Positions 56,639 to 64,000 of a stretch of 64,000 bases of DNA are shown piece by piece. The position numbers and the translations under genes were made by a program. Location of the stretch: assembly GCA_964386865.1 (NCBI GenBank), contig CAYLUN010000012.1, positions 13,029-77,028 on the forward strand. The letters run 5' to 3'. Within the stretch, counting starts at the first letter, position 1, and the number at the start of each line of letters is the position of its first letter. The notes beneath the pieces were generated by a model. It saw only the letters and a program-made list of their open reading frames with translations, made no database searches and was not told the DNA's origin. The DNA comes from an uncultured Lentisphaeraceae bacterium (lineage in GTDB: Bacteria > Verrucomicrobiota > Kiritimatiellia > RFP12 > UBA1067).

Positions 56639-58261
56639 TCACCCCCGCTCCAGAAACCGCCCGCGGCGCTCGCCGGTGAACTGGCCGCTGTCGTACGACA
56701 CCGCGCCGTTCACGACCACCTGCCGCATGCCGACCGAGAATTGGTGCGGCTTCGCGTAGGTCGCCTGATCGCAAAAGGCCGCCTCGTCGAACACCGCGAG
56801 ATCGGCAAACGCGCCGACCCGCAAGACGCCGCGGCCGCGGATGCCGAACGCCGCCGCAGGCAGCCCCGTCATGCGGCGCACGGCCTCTTCCAGCGAGCCG
56901 ATTCTCTCCAGGCCTGACGCGTAGCCCTGCATCACGCGCAGGAAACGCGGCATGGTGCCGTAGGCCCGCGGATGCGGATGGTCTTTTCCGAGCGGGCCCC
57001 ACGGCGCACGCACCGACGCGTCGCTTCCGGCCATGACCCACGGCTCACCGTAGATGCGCCGCAGGTTCTCCTCGCACATGCCGAAGAAGAAGGCGCCGGT
57101 GCGCGTCTCGTCCAGGTCGATGAACCGGCAGGCCGTCGCGCCCGGCGTCAGCCCCAGCGCCTGCGCCGCTTCGGCCACCGTGCGCCCGCTGAAGCGCCGG
57201 ACCTCGTCGCTCCAGCCTCCGCCGACCATCACCTCCGACCAGTCGCGCCCCTCCTCGTTCAGCGCGTCCTCGACCCGCCTGCGCGTCTCCGCATGGCGCA
57301 GACAGCTCAGGATCGCGTCGCGCCCGCCGGCCGACGCCCAGTCGGGCAGCACCACGTCGAGGTCTGTTCCCGCCGCCGTGTAGGGGTAACGGTCCGCATG
57401 CACGTGGAGGCCCTCTCCGCGCGCCGCGTTGATCCGCGCCAGCGCCGCCTCGACCTTATGCCAGTTGTCCCTGCCGGAGGTCTTGAGGTGGGAAATCTGG
57501 GCGCGCACGCCCGTCTCGCGAGCCAGGCGAACTACGTCGTCGAGCGACTCCAGCAGCTGATCGCCCTCGCTGCGCATATGCGTCGCGTACACGCCGCCGC
57601 GCGCGGCCGCCGCGCGCACAAGCGCCAGCACCTCGTCATCCGCCGCGTGCTTGCCGGGCGGGTACAGAAGGCCGGTCGTGAAGCCCCAGCCGCCCTCGTC
57701 CAGCGCCTGCTCCAGCCGCCGCCGCATCTCGCGCACCTCGTCCGGCGTCGCCGCGCGAGGCTCATAGCCCATGACGCCGGCTCGCAGCGTGTTGTGGCCG
57801 AGGAACTGCACCGTGTTAACCGCCGGGCGAACCGCATCGAACAGCTCGCGGTAACCCGCCACGGTTGTCCACGTCGGCCCCGGGCTCTCGGCCCATTTCA
57901 CATATCCGGCTAGGTGAGACGGGTAGGTTTGGGAGGCCCAGTCGGAGGAGAGGCGGGCCTGACCCAGGCGCGGCACAGCCGAGCCGCCGCACTGGCCGTT
58001 GACCTCGGTGGTAATTCCCTGCGAAAGCTTGCTCGGAGCGTCAGGCTCCAGAAGCAGATAGGCGTCGGAGTGCGCGTGCGCGTCAATGAAGCCCGGGGCC
58101 ACCACGAGGCCGGACGCGTCGATCACGCGCGGCGCCTGGGCTCCTGAAAGGTCGCCGATCGCGGAGATGCGCTCTCCCGTGACCGCCACGTCAGCGCCCC
58201 GTTCGGGAACGCCCGTGCCGTCCACCAACCGCCCGCCACGTATGATCAGGTCGAAGGACAC
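56639..58261 (-). CDS. N-acyl-D-amino-acid deacylase (D-aminoacylase)
   Basis: PGFIDAHAHSD, GITTEVNGQCG, THMRSE, SHLK, YPYTA, GSD and PHPRAYGT. Confidence 0.92.
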   Translation of the reverse strand: MSFDLIIRGGRLVDGTGVPERGADVAVTGERISAIGDLSGAQAPRVIDASGLVVAPGFIDAHAHSDAYLLLEPDAPSKLSQGITTEVNGQCGGSAVPRLGQARLSSDWASQTYPSHLAGYVKWAESPGPTWTTVAGYRELFDAVRPAVNTVQFLGHNTLRAGVMGYEPRAATPDEVREMRRRLEQALDEGGWGFTTGLLYPPGKHAADDEVLALVRAAAARGGVYATHMRSEGDQLLESLDDVVRLARETGVRAQISHLKTSGRDNWHKVEAALARINAARGEGLHVHADRYPYTAAGTDLDVVLPDWASAGGRDAILSCLRHAETRRRVEDALNEEGRDWSEVMVGGGWSDEVRRFSGRTVAEAAQALGLTPGATACRFIDLDETRTGAFFFGMCEENLRRIYGEPWVMAGSDASVRAPWGPLGKDHPHPRAYGTMPRFLRVMQGYASGLERIGSLEEAVRRMTGLPAAAFGIRGRGVLRVGAFADLAVFDEAAFCDQATYAKPHQFSVGMRQVVVNGAVSYDSGQFTGERRGRFLERG

Positions 58262-58779
58262 TCTCCCCCCAGCGTCTTGGTCCCGCTCAGCAGCGCGACA
58301 ACCTGTTGCTGCACCTCACCGAGACGGTCGAGGCGCAGGCGCGGATCGAGAACCACAAAGGTGTCGCCGCTTCTCTTGTGCTCATAGACTCTGAGGATGC
58401 CGCCGCTCTCGTGCGGCTTGGCGTCGCGCTCGACGAGCTGCTTACCCCGCTCCAGCATCACCGCCAGCACGTAAACCACGTTGCTCATCGCGGGATCCTC
58501 GAGCGTGATGAGCCGGCGCAGCAGGCTCTCGGCGTTCTCTTTCTTGACCGGCTCGTTCCTTGCCTGCGACGGTGCGGGCGCCGCGTACTCGCCCTCCCAC
58601 ATGCTGAACGGCTCCCAGTCGCGCGGCGTGCTCTGCCAGCAGGCCGGGTGGCAGTCCAGCCGCTCGTACGCGTTCTCGGTCTCGCGCAGCGCCGACACGC
58701 ACGGCTTCTTGTCCGCCAGCGGCTGCGCGCAGATCGAACAGACATGCCCTCTCGGGCGGATATTCCACTCTTGTGCCAT
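58246..58779 (-). CDS. Hypothetical protein with a putative Zn-binding N-terminus
   Basis: CxxC...HxxC (CSIC, CHPAC) and YVLAVMLER; overlaps the deacylase start. Confidence 0.7.
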   Translation of the reverse strand: MAQEWNIRPRGHVCSICAQPLADKKPCVSALRETENAYERLDCHPACWQSTPRDWEPFSMWEGEYAAPAPSQARNEPVKKENAESLLRRLITLEDPAMSNVVYVLAVMLERGKQLVERDAKPHESGGILRVYEHKRSGDTFVVLDPRLRLDRLGEVQQQVVALLSGTKTLGGECPST

Positions 58780-58885
58780 GCGCCTCAGTATAGCAGAAAC
58801 GCGCCCGGCAGACATCTGCGGTTTTTCACCGGAGCCCCTTGCGTATCGACGGGCTGCGCCCCCCGCCCCAGTGGGGCTCGGTCTC

Positions 58886-61138
58886 TCACGTCTCGGCCAA
58901 TACGGGCTCACCCTCCACAACCGGGCCGGCTGCGCCGCCCTGATTCTGGGCCTTGCGCCTAGAGGCGGAAACTGACTTTGCCTCACGCAGAATATCAATC
59001 AGACGCTCAAGCCGAATCGGCTTAGAAATATAGTCGTCCAGACCGGCCTGCAGGTAACGCTCGCGGTCACCTTGGAGCGCGTGCGCCGTCAGCGCGACAA
59101 TGACGGGCTGCCGGCTCAAAGGCACCTCCCTGCGGATGCGCACAGTAGCTTGCTCGCCATCCAGTTTAGGCATCTGAATATCCATTAGAACGACGTCGTA
59201 CTCCCCTTCGGCAACAGCCCGGACCGCTTGCCCCCCGTCAGCGACCACGTCAGCCTCATACCCGAGTTTACGCAGGATGCTGACCGCCACCTGCACGTTC
59301 ACCTCGTTGTCCTCGGCCAGCAGGATCTTAAGCGGGTACTTTTGGCTGAAGGTCCGGCTCAGCTGTCTGACAAGCGTTTTCGCTGACGCCGGCTTCTGGG
59401 CTGCGTGCTCGGCCAATGCCTTCGTGATAGCCTTGTGCAGAAGCATGGCCGGCACCGGTTTGGTGAGGCACTCCGGATCAGCCGCCCCGTCCAATTCGCC
59501 CTTCTCTCCCTCGGACAGCAACAGGATCACGGGCAGCCGCGGCCTATTGGGAAGGCCCTGGATCTCCTCAAGGAGCCGGAAGACGTTATAGTCGATAATA
59601 TCGGAGTCGAGAAGCACAAGATCAACGGGATGGGAAGAGCTCAAGAGATCTAGGGCCGCCGACCCCGTGACCGTCGTGGAAGCCTCCATTCCCCACACGA
59701 CGAGCTGCTCGGACAACGTCCTGCGACTCGCCGTATTGCCCTCCACAATCAGAATGCGGCTCTTCTCTTGTGCGCATTCCAACCCGCCGGCGGCGGGAGC
59801 CGCGAGCCAAATGTCGCGATGCACGATAACCGAGAACTGAAACACGCTTCCCTGTCCCGCAACGCCAGAGCTCTCGACGGAGATCGTCCCGCCCATCATC
59901 TCGCAGAGCCCTTTGCTGATCACCAACCCGAGGCCAGTTCCCCCAAAACGCCGCGTCGCAGAGGTGTCAACTTGGCTAAACGGCTGGAATAGCAGCTTCT
60001 GATGCTGCGGCAGAATTCCAACTCCCGTATCGCGCACGGAGAACGAAAGGCAGCACTTCTCGTGCTCGAGCAGATTGCCGCTCACACTAATGTCGACCGA
60101 TCCCCGTTCGGTGAATTTGATCGCGTTACCGACAAGGTTGACGAGGATCTGGCGCACCCGACCCACGTCGCCGACCCAACACTTCTCAAGAGACGGATCG
60201 ATGCGATACCCGACCTTGAGCTTCTTCTTCGCGGCTGCCGGCACAACCACGCGGAGAGACTCATCCAGACAGTGGCGAAGGTCAAAAGAAGCCGCCTCCA
60301 AAACAATCTTGTTGGCCTCGATCTTCGAGTAATCGAGCACCTCGTTGACTACGACCAGCAGTGCCTCCGCGCTCGCGCGTATCGTGTCCGCATATTCCCG
60401 CTGCTCGTCGTCGAGGTCCGTGGTCATCAGCAGCCCCGACATCCCGATCACGCCGTTGAGCGGCGTCCGGATCTCATGGCTCATGTTCGCGAGGAACTGC
60501 CCCTTCGCGCGGCTCGCCTGCTGGATCTCCAAGTTCATCTTTTCGAGATCCCGCGAGTTCTGCCGTAATCGTTCCTGACTCCGCCGAATCACGGACACGT
60601 CGTCCAGCATAACAACCGCTTGCTTAACGCCCCCAATGTCTACCGGCTCCGCACACACACTCAGCCAGACGCTACGCAACCCATCCTTAAGCAAGAGGGC
60701 CAGCTTCACTTCCAGGCCCCTAATTGACTTGCCTTCGGAAAAAACGGCTTGAAGCTCCCTGCGCAGGGAACAGCAGGGGCAATCCGAGCCCTCCACACAC
60801 TTATTGCCAAGAGGGCCGACGCTGGCACACACGAAGATCTGCCCGAACTTGAGATGTTGCGGCGACCTTCCCCACTGGGCGGTCATCATCGCGCCCGCCG
60901 CAACGTTCGCCTGCACCACATTCAGGCTCTCGTCGAAGATGAGCATATTTGCGGGGGATGCCTCGAAATAGACGTCCTGACGGGGCTGCTGTGCAGGGAC
61001 GCCCTTCGCCAGCCAACGCGTCCGTCGCAACACTGCGGCAAGCAGAAACACGACGGCGAGAAGCGGTACCGCAAGGGCGAGAAGCAACAACTGCGGGGAG
61101 GCTGGAAGAACGAAACATAAGACGAGCAGGTCAACCAT
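58886..61138 (-). CDS. Membrane-anchored hybrid histidine kinase (PAS-HisKA-HATPase-REC-REC)
   Basis: [38 protein letters not shown] and MDIQMP; lower GC than the core genes. Confidence 0.92.
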   Translation of the reverse strand: MVDLLVLCFVLPASPQLLLLALAVPLLAVVFLLAAVLRRTRWLAKGVPAQQPRQDVYFEASPANMLIFDESLNVVQANVAAGAMMTAQWGRSPQHLKFGQIFVCASVGPLGNKCVEGSDCPCCSLRRELQAVFSEGKSIRGLEVKLALLLKDGLRSVWLSVCAEPVDIGGVKQAVVMLDDVSVIRRSQERLRQNSRDLEKMNLEIQQASRAKGQFLANMSHEIRTPLNGVIGMSGLLMTTDLDDEQREYADTIRASAEALLVVVNEVLDYSKIEANKIVLEAASFDLRHCLDESLRVVVPAAAKKKLKVGYRIDPSLEKCWVGDVGRVRQILVNLVGNAIKFTERGSVDISVSGNLLEHEKCCLSFSVRDTGVGILPQHQKLLFQPFSQVDTSATRRFGGTGLGLVISKGLCEMMGGTISVESSGVAGQGSVFQFSVIVHRDIWLAAPAAGGLECAQEKSRILIVEGNTASRRTLSEQLVVWGMEASTTVTGSAALDLLSSSHPVDLVLLDSDIIDYNVFRLLEEIQGLPNRPRLPVILLLSEGEKGELDGAADPECLTKPVPAMLLHKAITKALAEHAAQKPASAKTLVRQLSRTFSQKYPLKILLAEDNEVNVQVAVSILRKLGYEADVVADGGQAVRAVAEGEYDVVLMDIQMPKLDGEQATVRIRREVPLSRQPVIVALTAHALQGDRERYLQAGLDDYISKPIRLERLIDILREAKSVSASRRKAQNQGGAAGPVVEGEPVLAET

Positions 61139-61202
61139 ATGATTACAAATTTCTCTGTCTCAAAACATTAAATACAACCGACAAACTACTTCATGTTGAT
61201 TA

Positions 61203-61232
61203 ACTATATATGATCGGCTATCGCATAGTCAA
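61203..61232 (-). promoter_or_regulatory. Sigma70-type promoter for the hybrid kinase
   Basis: Minus strand TTGACT-18 nt-TATAGT in AT-rich DNA. Confidence 0.45.
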
Positions 61233-61250
61233 TACCCATGATTACTGCTT

Positions 61251-61830
61251 TTGGTGAAGGTGTTGCGCGCCGTCTTTGCCTGCGCCATGAACGAAGGCTT
61301 CGTGGTCGGCAACGCATTCAAGTTGAAACCTCTCGATGCCGATTCCGTGGAAAAGCAGGCGTTCGCCCTCCAGCAGGTTCAGCGGCTCATGGATGTAGCA
61401 GATCCCGAATGGCGCTCACTGATTACGTTTGGAATCTTCACCGGCCAACGGCTGGGCGACCTTGTGGCGCTCACGTGGTCACAGATCGACCTTAACCGAA
61501 AAGAAGTCCTTTTCAAAACCGAGAAGACAAGTCGGCGGGTGGCGATCCTGGCCAACGAAGCGTTATGGGCGCATATCCTCACCATGAAGCGCGGCACCCC
61601 TACCGCACCTCTGCACGCAAGAGCCTACGAGGTCAAAGCGGCTCACGGCATAGGGCTTGTTTCCAAAGATTTCACACGGCTGATGGTAATAGCCGGACTT
61701 TGTGCGGCGAAGCCCAACAACAAGAAACGCGAGAAGAAAGGCGACGTGTCGCGGGAGGTCAACCCGCTGACCTTCCACAGCCTGCGCCATGCCGCCGCCA
61801 CCTGGCTGCGTGACGCCGGAGTATCGGAGA
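61251..61830 (+). pseudogene. Tyrosine recombinase/integrase fragment
   Basis: TGQRLGD (catalytic R), EKT (K) and FHSLRH (HxxR). Lacks the N-terminal domains and the C-terminal GH...Y nucleophile region. Confidence 0.85.
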
Positions 61831-62066
61831 ACCTCGCCGCCTCCCATTGCTGGACAATCCACTCCACACCGCGCAGCATGGGCTCGTCCGCGCTGGCATA
61901 ACGCACGGGAAAGTCGAGTCGCTCGGCGACCTGCTGCGCCAGCATGGACTTGCCCACCTGACGCGGCCCCGCCACGACCTGGATAAAGGCGGCGCGGCTC
62001 ATGCAGTCGCGCCGCGAGCACCGCGCCCTGTGGGCGCCGATAAAGTTCTTTCTTTTTGCTCTTCAT
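61830..62066 (-). pseudogene. N-terminal fragment of an AAA_14-type (DUF4143-associated) ATPase, frameshifted
   Basis: MKSKKKELYRRP...LHEPRR, then an extra C near 61988, then FIQVVAGPRQVGKS (Walker A); ends at QQWEAAR where the integrase fragment ends. Confidence 0.75.
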
Positions 62067-62400
62067 GGTGAGTATTCTTACTCAACATCCTGAGTAGTTT
62101 AAGTAAAAATCGTCACAGAACTGTTTACGAAACGTTGCCTCATTATTCCTGAAGCTGCAAGTATTCCCGTTTGATAAATTTAAGATTATTAAGATATTCA
62201 GATTCTGCCGGTGGTCACTGGCTAAACTCGAAGCCGCCTCGAGCCCGCAGGCCCATGTCCCGGCAAGTCCACCCGCTGCCATTAGCGCAGCATCACCATC
62301 GCAACCCCGTATGCTGACAGACAAAACCGGAGCCGGGCGGCCCCGACCCAGGGTCGCTGCATGACAGTGGTCGTTAACTTACTATGGTCGTCTAGTCTAT

Positions 62401-63876
62401 TCATTTAAAGTCGTTCGGCTGACGACTGGTGGCGGCAGCCCGCGAAACAACAGCAAAAGCCGCATCATTTGACGCACCCATGCATGAAATCCGCCGAATA
62501 TCCGCAGAACCACCAACGGAGGGCAATCTTATCGAAACGCGAGACAGCGTGCCGGTATAACACGAATTCCCGTCAAGGCGCAGGCGGTAGCTGCGGCAGA
62601 CGCCGTCCGTTTGAACCACTAGAGGATATGTCAAAGAAGGTCTGTCTCCAGTGGGCTTGATGATAACCTGCAGTTGCAGTTCCCTGCTAGCGTTCACTGC
62701 GTAAAAGGCGCCGTCGAGAGCGAACACCGGCACCTGCTCCGCCAGCCAGTGCGTCTCGGGGCTGACAAGCGCGCCTCGTGCGGCTCCAGCAAATGAGCAC
62801 TTGAGCCCGTCCTTGATCGGCCACCCTGTATCCGTCACTTCGCCCTGATAGACCCAGCCGTGCCGGTCGTCAGAAAACGTCCAAGACGGTCCAGGCACCT
62901 GCTCCCGCAATGCGTAGGCGCTCGCGCGGATTTCGTCTACCGTGCCCACGACCACATACGCCCGGTAGGTCCAGTCGATGTTCGCGTCCAAAATGCGTGT
63001 CCCGACGGGCGCGATGTAGCCGGTCTGCCCATCACGCTCTCCCCCCGCGCCTTTCTTCGCATCGCCCCCCGCGAACCCGCCTAGAAAGCGCGTCACCTCC
63101 GGCTGAAAAACGCCCACCCCGCTGCCGGTGTCGTCCACCAGCGCGGACCAACGCTCGGAGGCGTGGAACGAGAGCCACGGCCAGCCTTTGCCGTCGCCCC
63201 AACCGACCAATTCCGTGAGCGGCGCTTGTTCGAACGGACGGTCGCCGTCATAGGTTATCAGCCGATACCAACGGCCGTTCGTGTACAGTGCGGGCATCTC
63301 CTGCTGCCTGCCCGGATACTGCATCTTGTCCGTCCTCCGGTTCAGCAGGCGGGCCGCCATTTCGACCACGTTCGAGCCGACCAGCCGGTATGTCACCTCG
63401 AACTCGCAGTCGCCGGGCACGTTGTCGTGCGGCCACTGCATCGGCATGCACCTGACGCGCAACGTCCGCGCATCAGGCTGTTCGCAGGCGAGCGTCGTCG
63501 ACCTAACCTTGCCGACGCTGCCGGACTGGATGGGATTCCAACCGAGCTTCGCCCACGTCTGATGCGGCTGCTCGCCGTTCGGGCCGACATACGGAGTCGG
63601 CCCACTGTAATAAGACAGTTGGATCTGACGGCCCCAGTCGTGGCTATTGATCATGTTCGCGCCGCCATTTGCCGTGTCCTCCAGCACGGTGACTGCGCCG
63701 CCCAAACTCAGGTCCACGCCCAGCCGCAGACGGCCACTTGACAGATAGCGCATCGGCTCAGTGCCGTAATCAAAGGCGCTTGCCCCACAGGCACACCACG
63801 CACCCGCCGAAATCGCACCCATGACTATCGCCTTGGTCGTTCTTTGAATATAGGTGAGTCTAAATGTGGTCATCAT
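62401..63876 (-). CDS. Secreted hypothetical protein, possibly a galactose-mutarotase-like beta-sandwich
   Basis: Signal-like N-terminus; GVDLSLGGAV, NMINSHDWGRQIQLSYYSGP, WNPIQSG and QEMPALY. Confidence 0.7.
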   Translation of the reverse strand: MMTTFRLTYIQRTTKAIVMGAISAGAWCACGASAFDYGTEPMRYLSSGRLRLGVDLSLGGAVTVLEDTANGGANMINSHDWGRQIQLSYYSGPTPYVGPNGEQPHQTWAKLGWNPIQSGSVGKVRSTTLACEQPDARTLRVRCMPMQWPHDNVPGDCEFEVTYRLVGSNVVEMAARLLNRRTDKMQYPGRQQEMPALYTNGRWYRLITYDGDRPFEQAPLTELVGWGDGKGWPWLSFHASERWSALVDDTGSGVGVFQPEVTRFLGGFAGGDAKKGAGGERDGQTGYIAPVGTRILDANIDWTYRAYVVVGTVDEIRASAYALREQVPGPSWTFSDDRHGWVYQGEVTDTGWPIKDGLKCSFAGAARGALVSPETHWLAEQVPVFALDGAFYAVNASRELQLQVIIKPTGDRPSLTYPLVVQTDGVCRSYRLRLDGNSCYTGTLSRVSIRLPSVGGSADIRRISCMGASNDAAFAVVSRAAATSRQPNDFK

Positions 63877-63879
63877 GTA

Positions 63880-64000
63880 TCACTCCTGCACGGAAAGCCA
63901 CTTCTTGAGTTGACTCACGCCGATCCGACGGAACTCCGACTCCGTGATCCGGCCGTCCTTGTCTTTGTCCATCGCAAGGATCTGCCCGCGATGCTTCTGC
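63880..64000 (-). CDS. C-terminal end of an EF-hand-containing protein (partial)
   Basis: Manual translation ...AMDKDKDGRITESEFRRIGVSQLKKWLSVQE* contains a canonical EF-hand loop; stop is 3 bp before the next start. Confidence 0.7.
   Translation of the reverse strand, partial: QKHRGQILAMDKDKDGRITESEFRRIGVSQLKKWLSVQE

Noticed and set aside
61251-61830. Integron integrase serving the attC at 28480
   Set aside because: It is 33 kb away, truncated, and shows no recognisable IntI-specific motif; it resembles an island or phage-type integrase.

Overview
High-GC bacterial chromosomal segment. Its gene content suggests an anaerobic, polysaccharide-degrading member of the PVC superphylum such as Kiritimatiellae or Lentisphaerae; this is inference, as no marker gene is present. 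Contents: a LarA-family racemase; a CBS-hydC-hydB-hydA [FeFe]-hydrogenase operon whose HydB is fused to a GltD/NfnB-like FAD/NADP(H) module; murI; an MFS transporter; a stand-alone divergent EF-G; and many secreted glycan-related proteins (GH42-like, GH97, GH50-like, GH78, GH106, an FGE/sialidase fusion, a di-heme HzsA-like protein and two FAD oxidoreductases). It also holds a LacI regulator with an AT-hook-like motif, an ECF sigma/anti-sigma/PDZ operon and four orphan PAS histidine kinases. Mobile or decayed material consists of a small integrase-less integron-cassette remnant with one well-formed 60-bp attC, and a junction between a decayed tyrosine recombinase and a decayed AAA ATPase near the right end. 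No rRNA, tRNA or CRISPR array was seen. All family calls come from motif recognition by eye, not database searches.
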